This document shows, one piece after another, positions 10,385 to 21,456 of a DNA stretch of 64,000 bases. Position numbers and translations under genes: made by a program. This DNA is from an uncultured Candidatus Rokubacteria bacterium (lineage in GTDB: Bacteria; Methylomirabilota; Methylomirabilia; Rokubacteriales; DASRDR01). The notes beneath the pieces are model-generated. The model had not been told where the DNA came from and did not search any database. It saw nothing but the letters and a program-made list of their open reading frames with translations. Each line of letters starts with the position of its first letter. The first letter of the stretch is position 1. The stretch is taken from assembly GCA_963805625.1 (NCBI GenBank), contig CAWDVE010000012.1:134936-198935 (forward strand), in the 5' to 3' direction.

Positions 10385-10637
10385 TGGCACCTCCCTTAGC
10401 GCCGTCGGTATACGCTTGGGTGCCCAGTCGGGAGCCACGGCCTTGTACGCGGCGATAGCACCGCGCATCATGTAGGTACACGCTCCAGGTCCCGTACTGA
10501 AGGCGCGGGCGTGATCGGATTCTTATGATAGCGCGTGGCACACCGGGCGAGAAGGACGAAGCCCGCCCCTCCGGTAGCCGCTGCGCTGTCGCTCGCCTCG
10601 GACTGCCAAATCGTAGCGGCGCTTCGACACACGCGGG

Positions 10638-10907
10638 CTATACTCCGTCCGCCCTGGGCCTCATGGGCCACGTTCTCGCGGCCGAAACCCGGGAACCGAC
10701 GCCCTCGACGTAGCCGAGTCGCCGCAGCTCCCCGAAGAACGCGCGGAGGCTCGGGTTTGCCGACTCCGTCATTTCGCCGCTCGGCGCCGCGGAGTTCACG
10801 ATGGCGATCCGGTACACCTTCGACGCCGGCTGCGCGGCGGCGGCAAGCGGCGCGGCGAGGAGGCCCATGGTGAGGATGGCCGGAAGCGTCAGCCGGGCGA
10901 GCCTCAT
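10638..10907 (-). pseudogene. Truncated ABC substrate-binding protein
   Basis: Signal peptide + AQPASKVYRIAIV...ELRRLGYVEG then diverges; paralog of 26270-27262. Confidence 0.7.
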
Positions 10908-11169
10908 GGGGTCCTCCCTCGTCTCGGAGTCCCCAGAGCAGTCTGGCCCCGCCGTCGGGGTGCCAGGGACCGGCGGCACACCTCGCAGCGCATCCTAGCG
11001 CATCTTCCGACACCCGCCTGAGCATCTCCGCCGGTGAAGTGACGGCCCTGGGGAATCACCGCCCCGGAGTCGGGACACGGTGGCCCCAGGCCGAGGCATG
11101 GGCGCCCCAGCCCCCGCGCCGGTAGGCCGACGGAAGGACTCTGCGATCTTCCGCCCACTGCGGCACTTA

Positions 11170-12475
11170 GGGATTGTCACGAAATAAATGTACCAGATAA
11201 TGGGATCGTGGCTGCTAGGGTATCCCATGGATGGTGGCCGAGCAGGCCATTCGACGACGGTTCCGGCTGATCGAGCCGCACCTGGACGAGCGGCTGCGCC
11301 GGCTGGTGGCCGCGGCGGAAGTCGCGGCCGCGGACAGCGTGTCGGCGGTGGCCCGGGCCACCGGAGTGTCCCGGCGCGCCATTCGCGCTGGGGTCACGGA
11401 GCTGAAGGCCCGTGGCGCAGCGGCCCTGGCCCCGGGGCGGATCCGGCGTCCCGGAGGCGGGCGCAAGCGCACGGTCGACCAGGATCCGACGTTGGTGACG
11501 GACTTGGAAACGCTGATCGAACCCACGACGCGCGGGGATCCGCAGTCCCCGCTGCGGTGGACCTGCAAGAGCGTCCGGCGCCTGGCCGCCGAGCTGACCC
11601 GCCAAGGGCCTCGCACGAGCCATCGGATGGTCGCCGCGTTGCTCCAGCAGTTGGGGTACAGCCTGCAGGCCAATCGGAAGACGATCGAGGGCACCCGGCA
11701 CCCCGATCGCAATGCCCAGTTCGAGCACATCGCCGCCCGCGTCCAGGCCACGCTGCGCCAGGGCCAGCCGGCGATCTCTGTCGATACCAAGAAGAAGGAG
11801 CTCGTGGGGCCGTTCAAGAATGCCGGTCGCGAATGGCGGGCCCACGGGCAGCCTCGGCCGGTGCGGGTCCACGACTTCGTGCAGCCGGAGCTGGGGCGCG
11901 CCATTCCCTACGGGGTCTACGATCTGGGCGCCAACACCGGCTGGGTCAGTGTCGGCATCGACCACGACACGGCGGCGTTTGCCGTCGCGAGCATTCGCCA
12001 CTGGTGGCAGGCCATGGGGCGCCGGGCCTATCCTCACGCCCGGCGGCTGCTGATCACGGCCGACGCCGGCGGGAGCAACGGCGCCCGCCGGCGGTTGTGG
12101 AAGGTCGAGCTGCAGAAACTGGCGGACCGCCTCCACCTGCCCATCACGGTGTGTCATTTCCCGCCCGGCACGAGCAAGTGGAACAAGATCGAACACCGCC
12201 TGTTCTCCTTCATCACTCAGAACTGGCGCGGCCAGCCCCTGCTCAGTCACGCGGTCATTGTGAATCTGATCGCGGCCACCACGACCACCACGGGCCTCCG
12301 CGTGCGGGCGCGGCTGGACACGACCCGGTATCCCTCGGGCCTCAAGGTCAGTCGCGCCACCCTGGAGGCCGTCCGCCTGCGGCCCGATCCGTTTCACGGG
12401 GACTGGAACTACACGATCCTTCCCACCCAGTCGGCAAAGCGATAGCATCTGGTCCATTTATTTCGCACCGGGTCC
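11170..12475 (+). mobile_element. ISAzo13 family element, copy 1 (transposase 11231-12445)
   Basis: ISVDTKKKELVG, PPGTSKWNKIEHRLF; IRs containing CGAAATAAATG; TTA duplication. Confidence 0.95.
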
Positions 12476-12627
12476 TTAGCGGATGGGCCCCGTGGACGAA
12501 ACCATGGGGCTCGGTCCTTGCATAGTCTCGCTCTTCGTGGATAGCGCGCGTTCCTCATAGCCTGCTGCGGCCATAGTGCATTCACATCAACGGGATGATG
12601 TGCCCGCACCGGCCGCTTGGGGGGAGC

Positions 12628-13179
12628 ATGAAACTGATAGCGACAATCGGACTCCTAGTCGTGATCCTCGTCCCCGGCGTAGCGCACGCGACTCCGCTCG
12701 TCGCCACGTGGGGATGGATCGGACTCTATGGGGTCGACACATGGGCCGACTTCGGCGGAGAAGAATTCTCCGTGTTCGTCTCCCAACCAAGTTCGTTTAT
12801 AAGCAACCCTTTCACGATCGCGATAGGCATGAACGGGATGGATGGAGATGGCGGACTCATTCATTTGTATTTCGGGTGGGGTGAGGTATACGGGGCGATC
12901 TGCTCCTCGTACGCGTTGGGGATCGGCGAGACATGCGGTTCGATGACGCTCGCGTATGATCCTCTCGCGACCCTGCCGGCGCCGTTCACCCTGACGGGGC
13001 ATTTGAACGTCGGCGATGGGTTTGACTTTGTGGGACAGGGCACGGTCCGTGCCGGAACGCCAAACCCATACCCATGGTTGCGGTACACAGTACCCGAGCC
13101 CTCGACGCTGCTCTTGGTCATCGCGTCGCTCGGCGCGCTCGGCGCGCTTCACGGCACTCGACGAGGTGCATCGCGGTGA
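12628..13179 (+). CDS. PEP-CTERM sorting domain protein
   Basis: Signal peptide; C-terminal VPEPSTLLL-TM-RR. Confidence 0.9.
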   Translation: MKLIATIGLLVVILVPGVAHATPLVATWGWIGLYGVDTWADFGGEEFSVFVSQPSSFISNPFTIAIGMNGMDGDGGLIHLYFGWGEVYGAICSSYALGIGETCGSMTLAYDPLATLPAPFTLTGHLNVGDGFDFVGQGTVRAGTPNPYPWLRYTVPEPSTLLLVIASLGALGALHGTRRGASR

Positions 13180-13210
13180 CGGCAGCAGCCCACTGTGGGA
13201 GGTGTGTCCG

Positions 13211-13828
13211 ATGAAGCTCATAGCCACGATCGGGCTCCTGATTGTGATCCTCGTCCCCGGCGTAACCCACGCGACGCTCGTTGTCACGGAAGGAAAGGTA
13301 AGCCTGGAAGTGACAGACAGCCTTGCCATCTTTGGCGACAACCTTTCGGGAGATTGGGAGGATGGGTGGTGGGGCGTGGAGCTGTCCTGGCCCTATCAGC
13401 AACCAGCGGACGACGGGACGCTGACGATGCAGATCCAGGGCAACGCCAGCGCCTGGGTCGATGGGACCGGGTGCTCCGCCGTACGGTTCCCGGGAGGCCC
13501 CCTCCCCGAGCCCGCCCCCTCCTGCGGCGTGTTCACGCTGACGCCGGCGCCGCCACCTGTCGAGAGCTTGCCCGTGCCATTCACCGCTACTGGGCATCTG
13601 AACGTCGGCGACGGCTTCGACTTTGTCGGCCAGGGCGTGATCGAGCGTGGTTGCCTGCTACCCCTGGGATGCACCCCCGGACCAGGACGTCCACTCTGGG
13701 TATATAGGTTCACCGTGCCCGAGCCCTCGACCCTCCTGTTGCTCGGAACGTCGCTCGGAGCACTCGCGATTCTTCAGCGACGAAAGAGAGCAGCACGGTC
13801 TCATTCATCGCCTCAACCTGATCGCTGA
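13211..13828 (+). CDS. PEP-CTERM sorting domain protein (paralog)
   Basis: Near-identical signal peptide; shared TGHLNVGDGFDFVGQG; VPEPSTLLL-TM-RRKR. Confidence 0.9.
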   Translation: MKLIATIGLLIVILVPGVTHATLVVTEGKVSLEVTDSLAIFGDNLSGDWEDGWWGVELSWPYQQPADDGTLTMQIQGNASAWVDGTGCSAVRFPGGPLPEPAPSCGVFTLTPAPPPVESLPVPFTATGHLNVGDGFDFVGQGVIERGCLLPLGCTPGPGRPLWVYRFTVPEPSTLLLLGTSLGALAILQRRKRAARSHSSPQPDR

Positions 13829-14523
13829 GCCTCTCGAAAGAGCAGGTTACCGCCGCGGCCGGGGGTGCTCCGCTGAGTCCATAGCGGCGTCGCGGTCGTG
13901 GACCGGCGCCGCGTGGAGGGTTGGAGACCCGGTGCCGAACCGGTGCGGACCCCTCCACGCAGCTCAAGACGCGGTGGTGAACAGGCCGCGCAGGAACCGG
14001 CCCGCCAAGGTCAGGGCCTGGTCGCCACTGGCGACGAGGGACCCATCCCCAGCGCGACCCCGCCCCGCACCGGCACCACCCACCCCCGCATAGTGCGCCT
14101 CCCGTTCCACGAGTTTGTCCGGTTGCCGAGAGCGTCGCGGACTCACTGGGGGCCCTGGGAGTTTCGTGCCGATACCAACGTGCTCATGCTGCTTAGCAAC
14201 CGGGGGGGCAACGGGCGCACCCGGGACGAGTTCGAGGTCGACCTGGACGAATGCACGACACCGGAGCAAACGCTGTGGTGGATTTTCACGGTGTGCGATT
14301 CGGAGCCACACGCCGTGGGCGACCTGGTCGAGGCGTTGCGAGACCGCAGCGAGTGGTGGAAACGAGCGTGGGCACAATTCCCTCATGCGGCACCGCCGGT
14401 CCCTGGGCCCAGTGCCAGCCCCGGCACCATACGAGGCCGGGGCGCCACCAAGACCAAGGTCTCAGCGGCTGGCCCCAACCGGCGCGCCCCGTCGCGGCGG
14501 GCTCCCTCAGCGCGGAGGCCGGG

Positions 14524-14740
14524 ATGAGCCTTAGCTTCGACGGCGTCAACGACGTCGTCACCCTGGCCAGCCAGACGCTCGGCAACGACCTCACCATGGC
14601 CATCCCGGGCATGCGCCTGTACTGGCCCATGGACCGCATCGGCGCCGCCCACGCTACCGACTACAGAGGCAACGGACGCTCGGGCCCCATTAGCGGGGCG
14701 ATAGAGGGCGAGAACCCCCCGGTGCGCCCTGCGGGCGACG
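14524..14740 (+). pseudogene. LamG/concanavalin-like fragment
   Basis: MSLSFDGVNDVV...LYWPMD...DYRGNGRSG; the domain's two ends with the middle apparently deleted. Confidence 0.4.
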
Positions 14741-14947
14741 GGGCTAGCGATGCATTACCAAGCTGCCCGGACGTTGCGGGGGCGGCGTCACAGCGCCTTC
14801 GGCTCGGTCCGCGAGCTGCGCTCGCGACCTCGCCTTGACGTATTCCCAGCGTCACGTTCAATGCCGGCTCCCATTTGACACTCGTTCCTCACTCGCCCTA
14901 CCATCGCGCCACGCCCGCGACTAGTCCTTCAAGGAGGGAGAGCCCCC

Positions 14948-16997
14948 ATGCGACCGCCGTACCTTGGACTAATCGTTCTTGGGCTGGTGGGCGCCAGCGC
15001 TGCGTCTGCCCAGAACGTCAGTTATCCCCCCTACTCGGTCACGGTCAGTGTGCAAATTGAAGCGAGCGGAGGACTCAGGGAAAGAGTCGCTAGCTATCTG
15101 ACTCGGGAGTTGCGGACCCTGCCTGGCGTGAGAGTAGGTGATCAGAGCCCAACCTTCACAATTTACGTTGTGGCGGTCGAGTCCCACAATCGGGGCGGGA
15201 CACCATGCTGTTGGTCCATAAGAATGTCATGGGCTAACTGTTCAGTGAGAGTGTCACCCCATGCCGACATGGGAGCCTCTCACGATGAGTCGCAAGGAAG
15301 TCCCGCGGCCCGGCCTGCTCAAGGCGGCCCTGGCCGGGAAGTTCACCAATGCCGAGGGAGCCGGGGCCTTGCACCTGAGCGTCCGGCAGTTCATCCGGGT
15401 CAAGCATCGCTTCCAGGCCGCCGGGGCGTCGGGCCTGTGCCACCGCCTGCGGGGGCGACCCTCCCCCCGCCGGCTGCCGGCCGACGTCCGGGCGCGGGTG
15501 GCGGCGCTCCTGCAGACCACCTACCTCGATGTCAATGACTGCCACGCCACGGAGAAGCTGCGCGAGGTCGAGGGCCTCCGCGTCAGCCGGGCCTCCGTGC
15601 GGCGGATCCGCCGCGCCCTGGACCTGCCGGCCAAGCATCGCCGCCGGCCCCGCCAGCACCGGGCTCGCCGGACCCCGGAAGCCCGCAGGGGCGTCCTCGT
15701 CCAGCTCGACGGCAGCCCCCACGCGTGGCTCGAAGACCGGGGCCCCGCCCTGACCCTCCACGGCGCGATCGACGACGCCACCGGCACGGTCCTGGCCCTG
15801 CACTTTCGGCCGACCGAGGACCTGCACGGCTACGCCACCGTGCTCCAGCAAATCGGTCTGGCCTACGGCCTCCCGCTGACCCTGTACGGCGATCGTTTCG
15901 GCGTTTTCGTCCGCAACGACCCGCACTGGACGCTCGCGGAAGAACTCCAAGGCCACCAGCACCCCACCCATTTCGGCCAGATCCTCCGAGACCTCGCCAT
16001 CGGCTTCCTGGCGGCGGGCTCCCCCCAGGCCAAGGGGCGCATCGAACGGCTCTGGCGCACCCTGCAAGATCGCCTCGTCGTCGAGCTCCGCCTGCGCGGG
16101 ATCGCGACCCGCGCGGCGGCCAACGCCTTCCTCCCTGAGTTCCTCGCCGATTACAATGGCCGCTTCGCTCATCCCCCCACCGACGCCCACGCCGCCTGGC
16201 GGCCGCGGCCGCGGGACTTCGCCGACCAACTCAGCTGCCGCTACACCCGCGTCGTCGCCCCCGACAACACCGTCCGCCTGGGGACCCGCTGGGCCCAGAT
16301 CCCCCCCGGTCCTTACGGCCGCTCCTCCGCGGGCCGCCGTGTCGACCTCCGCGAGTGTGTCGACGGCCGGCTCCTTGTCGTCCGCGCCGGCGGGCGACTC
16401 GTCAGTCAGCCCTCGCCGGGGCCTGATTTCGTCCTCACGCCCCGCAGCAAGCCCCACGCGGAGCGCACGCGTCGCCTACGCGCCTCCAGGACTGCGTCGG
16501 AGGAGGGGGGCCGCCATCAGAGTATTCCCCAGAAACCGCCTGCGCGCCCCTCGGCGCGCCGCCTCACCCCGACCACCCAGACGGCTCGCCCCGCCGCCAC
16601 GCATCCCTGGCGCCGCTCACTCAACCTCCGTCGCCACACCCCTCACACAGGGGTGACATTCTCACGGAACAGTTAGGGTGACATTTTCACTGGACAGCTA
16701 CATCGGGGCGGGACACCAACGGGGTTCGCCTTAAGCGTTCTCGTCAACAATGCCCGGAATTGCCAACTGCTTGAGCAGTTGAACAGCGGGAAGAGCCCTG
16801 ATCGAAAGATCACCCAGCAGTGGGTGTTTGACCTCTATAGCTCTATGTGCTCCGGTTCTTCGCGGACGACACAGCACGCTTTGTATGTGGTTGGGGACGA
16901 GCAAGAGCTTCGAGAGACGTGCGTTCGGGTTATTGCGGAGTTTGATACCAGAGATTTGGAGCCCCAGCGAAAGGTCTGGGAGATGCTCACTAAGTAA
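14948..16997 (+). pseudogene. Secreted hypothetical protein interrupted by IS1202-like element
   Basis: Removing the IS and one DR joins ...ESHNRGGTP to TGFALSVLVNN...WEMLTK in frame. Confidence 0.75.
15206..16702 (+). mobile_element. IS1202-like (ISNCY/IS481-related) element, transposase 15261-16676
   Basis: LSVRQ..HRLRGRPS, QLDGSPH, SPQAKGRIER; TG..CA ends; 16-bp DR TCGGGGCGGGACACCA. Confidence 0.85.
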
Positions 16998-17036
16998 CCA
17001 TGAGCACGTAGGCTACTCCGGGAAGAGAACGTCAGA

Positions 17037-17973
17037 ATGAAGCGGCCCCGAAAGGTAAAGCGCTCTCAGGCACGAAAACAGAGCGCGGCCGACCCACCAC
17101 AGATTGATGGCATTCGAGCCAAAACATCTACTGAACCCGAGCGCTGGCCGGGCTGGCTACAACACATCGAACGCCGCCTGCAGGCACTCTCTGCGAGTGG
17201 CGAGCCGCCAACTGTAGCGCGAGTGGAGTACATGTTGAAGCACTCCGCGTGGGTGCTCGGCCATCCGCTTGTCTGGAGCGTGGTCCGGCGAGTATTGGTC
17301 GCCCTATGACCGTGGCGAAGAGGTGCAGGAGTTGCGCGTTCGTCTCGCCGCCGCATTAGTCGAAGGCTTGACGGAGGGTGGGTACGCAATCACACGCGCC
17401 AAGGTTCGCCGGGGTGGTGTGGGAGTCGCCCCCGCTCTATTTCCGAATCTCGGCGACACGCTCGGCTGGTGGGACACGGAGGCTGGGGAAGCGGACAGGC
17501 GGGACGCACACCAGTTCTATCGCTTGTACGAGGAGTTGATGGAACGCTTGAAAGCTGTCCCTTGGCGAACGCTTGCGCGGCGATACCGAACGCTCGTCGA
17601 TCGTCGTGAGCATGGGCAGGCGACACGGATGCTGGCCCAGGAGGGTGCGCCAGTCCTGGCAAGAGTGTTCGAGGACTTCAGGGGGGATAGGCTGGTGGGT
17701 GCATCCCTCAACGCCGACGAGTTGACAGAGATCCTGCGTGGAGTGCTCGACCAGCGCAAGGGCGGCACCCCGCGTCATGCCACCGCGTGCGAGTTGATGG
17801 CTCGCTTCCGTTTTGAGACTAGAGATGGCAGGGAACAGAAACTGACCGGCTCGCTGGTCGCGAGCACGCTGCGAACCATCCGTAAGCGCCTACCAGAGCT
17901 TGAGTTCATGCGCCAGCCAACTCGGCGACGCTCGTCCCAAAAGAGGGGCGGAGGCCGGCGCGTAGTCCCCTGA
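17037..17973 (+). CDS. Hypothetical protein(s); two overlapping ORFs, possibly one frameshifted gene
   Basis: ORFs 17037-17309 and 17269-17973. Confidence 0.4.
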
Positions 17974-18050
17974 ACCCCTCGTTGCAGGCCGGCGGTCCGG
18001 CTCCCTCTCCCGTTCTTACCTCTCTCCGTTCGTACACTGAGGCGAATTAG

Positions 18051-19558
18051 CCCCAATCGGCGAATAAATCAGGCCACCAGACGGTGAGCGATCTGCCCAT
18101 ACAGTGTCTCGGTCGCGGGGTTCTGGGTCAGACGGAGCACGTTCCGCCCACCGAGTCGGCTCAGACGCCCGGCCCGGGCGATGAGCAGGAACCGAAGCGT
18201 GCGCATGCTGCGGAAGAGGTAGGCGTAGGTGCGCTTCCGGGACCGGGGCTTCGGTTCGGCGAGGGTTTCGAGTTGGAAGCTGCGGATCAGATTGTGGGCC
18301 AGGATGCTGAGTTGCTGCCAGGCGCTGTTGGCCGCGTAGTGCTTGGTCGGGACCACGTCGAGCGCGAACTCGCCTTTGAGTTCGGCGAAGGTCTTCTCCT
18401 GCGCCCCACGCCCGCAGGCAAAGGCCCACAGCGCCGAGAGTCCCAGCGGCAGGTTCGTGGCCACGGCCGAGTACTCGTAGTGCCCGTCATCGGGAGTGAA
18501 CAGATCGAGTTGGAAGTTCCGGCGCGTTTCGTGGTGGACGTGCTTCCGGTACAGGACCACGCGCAGGCGGAGATTGTTCCACTGTGGGATGACCAGTTCG
18601 GTCTCGTGGCCGGTCACGCCCGGCGCCACCGGGTGCCAGCGTCGGCACGCGGCGGCGATCGCCTTGAGCGGAAGCCAGCTCCAGTACCCCACCTTGATCG
18701 CGTAGCCACAGTCCCGGGCGGCGAGCAGGTGCAGAATCCCGCGCTGGAAGAAGGCGGCGTCCATGCGGAACTCCAGGGCCACGCGCCGGCCGAAGCGGCC
18801 GCGGAGGTCGTCGATGAGGTCCCGCAGGAACGGGATCGCCTGCTTGGAGTCGTGGACGTTCCCGGGCCGGTTCTTCAGGCGAAGGATGTGGCCCGTCTGG
18901 GCCACGTGCGCGACCAGCGGGTAGTAGCTCGGGTCCTTCCGATGATGGGGGTTGAAGCCGCGGAAGGCCCAGCCGACGGTGGCCCCCGTGCGGATGACCG
19001 ACCCATCCACGTCGATCGTCAGGCGCGGCAGCTCGAGCCGGGCCAGCGCCTCGGTCACGAGATCCCGATTCAAGGCGACGAGCGGCGCCAGCGTCTCCTG
19101 CGTGAACTGCCGCAACCAGTCGGCGACCGTCCGGCGGGTGGGCAACCGGGCCAAGCCACAGAAGCGCGTCACCAGCGGATCGCCGCCGAGGTGGCGCAGG
19201 TGCTCGAGGCGCCGGGCCCCGACGTAGAACAGCGCCAGCAGCACCATCGCGATCCGCGCACTGCCGTAGTCGCTGCGCAGTCCTCCGAAGGCCTGACGCA
19301 ACCGCGCCCCCAGATGGATCTGGCGCAGATAGCGCCCGAGCAGCTCCAGGCCGCCGTACGAGGTGAGCGCCTGGGGGACGAACTGGATCGTGAGATCACC
19401 CTTGACCACCCGCCGCAGGGTCGCTATCGTCAAACGCATCAGAGGGGCCTCCAGTGTGCGAGGGAGCGCATTGGCGTGTTCTCCCTTGAGACCGCATTGG
19501 AAGCCTCTCTGATTCATGTTTCCCGCTGTTTCCCGTCCCGCTTATTCGCCGATTGGGG
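18051..19558 (-). mobile_element. IS1380 family element
   Basis: TIDVDGS, RPGNVHDS, RMDAAFF motifs; perfect 17-bp IR CCCCAATCGGCGAATAA; TTAG duplication. Confidence 0.95.
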
Positions 19559-19640
19559 TTAGCCCCACCCGGTATTCGTCGCCGTGAAGAGAGAGATGAG
19601 ACCGGTACGCTTGGGTACAACTCAAGCACGAGGAGGCGCT

Positions 19641-21104
19641 ATGCGACAAGGCGAAGAGAGCGGACCGGGGCCAGAGGACCGTGAAGGCGCGACACGGGAA
19701 TTGCGGCAGGGGGTAGACCGGGCACGCGGCTTGGTCGAGGAACACTTCCCGGGGCTCTGGCCCGCGGTGGAGGTGGGATTGTCCGTCTGCGCCACGGTGC
19801 TGCTCGCGGATAACAGCAACCCGGTTGCGGTGATCTACGAGGGACCCGCAAGCGGCGGGAAGACGACGGTGATCAACATGTTTTCCAGCCATCCGCTGTG
19901 CTACCGCTCGGACAACTTCACGCCAGCGGCATTCGTCAGCCACGCGGCCAATCGGACCATGACAGACCTGGGCAAGACGGACCTCTTGCCTCGCATTCGG
20001 CATAGGGTCCTGGTCACCCCCGAATTGGCGCCGATATTCCGTGGCAAGGAGACGGATCTCACCAGGACCTTCAGTACGTTGACGCGCGTGATGGACGGCC
20101 AGGGATATGTGACGGACAGTGGGACGCACGGCCAGCGCGGGTACAAGGGCGACTACATGTTTGCTTGGCTAGGCGGCACGACGCCTTTCGAGGACCCCGT
20201 GTGGCGGCTGATGGCCCAACTGGGGTCGCGGCTGTTCTTCCTGACGATGGAGGCGCAACAGGACACGTCGGAGGACGCGTTGGTCGCGTCCGTCAAGGGC
20301 CTGTCGTATCAGGAGCGAGTGCGGGAGTGTCAGCGAGTCGTGGCAGATGTGCTCAATGAGTTGATCGCCCCGCATCGAGGCAAGTGTCCAGAGGCGCACC
20401 CAGACTGCCCAGCGCGCGCGGTGCAATGGCCGGCGGGAGCGGACCCGGAGACAGTGGTACGAGGGATTGCCCGATGGGCGCGTCTGGTGGCGGCTCTACG
20501 AAGCATCCCGGTACGGGAGGGCGACGAGGACCGGGGCCGGTCGAGTTACGCGCCCGCGCAGGACGAGGCCCCCCAGCGCGCCTTCGCCGTGCTGCGGAAC
20601 CTTGCCGGAGGCCATGCCTTGCTGATGGAGCGACGCCAGCTCGCGGTGGAGGACTTGCCACCGGTCGCCCGCGTGGCCCTCTCGTCGGTGGGGCGCACGG
20701 CCTCCCGGGTGCTGCGGGGCATGATCGCTCGGGGCGTCGCTGCGCTGAGCGCCAAAGACGTGCAGGGGTTGTTGGGCGCCAGGCACCACGAGACGGCCAG
20801 GCGCGTGATGGAGGACCTGGGGCAGCGGGACGTGTTCACGTACGTGGCCGGCTCGCCCATCCAACTCTGCCTGGCCGAGGAGTGGACCTGGCTCGTGGCG
20901 CGAGAGTTTCGCACGTTGCTGGCCGGCAATGTCAGTGAAGAGGGACTGTGTGGCGACGTCACTTCCTTACCTACCTCAACGTTAGAAGGAGAGAAAGAGG
21001 GGGAGAGCAGCACACAACCCCCGCCGGGTGACATCGAGCAGGGTTGTGTCGCTGACGGGGCGTCAGACGAGCCTGTGGATCAACGCGAGGTATCCCGTGG
21101 CTGA
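19641..21104 (+). CDS. P-loop ATPase, probable replication/primase-associated helicase of island 1
   Basis: Walker A GPASGGKT; RVMDGQGY; position upstream of xis-XRE-int. Confidence 0.65.
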   Translation: MRQGEESGPGPEDREGATRELRQGVDRARGLVEEHFPGLWPAVEVGLSVCATVLLADNSNPVAVIYEGPASGGKTTVINMFSSHPLCYRSDNFTPAAFVSHAANRTMTDLGKTDLLPRIRHRVLVTPELAPIFRGKETDLTRTFSTLTRVMDGQGYVTDSGTHGQRGYKGDYMFAWLGGTTPFEDPVWRLMAQLGSRLFFLTMEAQQDTSEDALVASVKGLSYQERVRECQRVVADVLNELIAPHRGKCPEAHPDCPARAVQWPAGADPETVVRGIARWARLVAALRSIPVREGDEDRGRSSYAPAQDEAPQRAFAVLRNLAGGHALLMERRQLAVEDLPPVARVALSSVGRTASRVLRGMIARGVAALSAKDVQGLLGARHHETARRVMEDLGQRDVFTYVAGSPIQLCLAEEWTWLVAREFRTLLAGNVSEEGLCGDVTSLPTSTLEGEKEGESSTQPPPGDIEQGCVADGASDEPVDQREVSRG

Positions 21105-21456
21105 TCGGGCCTGGAAACAGGAAGAGCGCCACGCGGCGCGTCTCCTTGGGGGCCAGCGCTATCCAGCCAACGGAGGCGGCCTAGTCGACTGTGAGTCGCC
21201 GTGGGCCGTCGCGCAGTGTAAGCACGTCCGCCGACTGAGCCTGGCCGAGCTAGAGCGGCTGGCTATCGAGGCCGAGCGGGAAGGCGCTGCACGCGGCAAG
21301 ACTGGGCTGGTGGTCGTTAAGCGACGCGCGGGCCGTGGTTGCTACACGCCGCGACTTTTCGTAATGACGGCGGGTACTTGGGTAAGTGTTGTAGGGCGGC
21401 GGATCAACCAAATTCAACCTATTCAAAGGGGGACGGATCGGTGGAGCGGCTATTGA
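21097..21456 (+). CDS. Small PD-(D/E)XK, Holliday-resolvase-like protein
   Basis: WKQEER...VD...AQCK...LVVVKR pattern; coupled to the ATPase stop. Confidence 0.5.
   Translation: MADRAWKQEERHAARLLGGQRYPANGGGLVDCESPWAVAQCKHVRRLSLAELERLAIEAEREGAARGKTGLVVVKRRAGRGCYTPRLFVMTAGTWVSVVGRRINQIQPIQRGTDRWSGY

Noticed and set aside
11188-12525. Long alternative-frame and antisense ORFs over transposases and other genes
   Set aside because: Expected shadow ORFs in high-GC DNA; low complexity and no motifs.
15206-16702. IS1202-like element targeting a Xer site
   Set aside because: It is inserted in a CDS with a long DR and no dif-like motif nearby.
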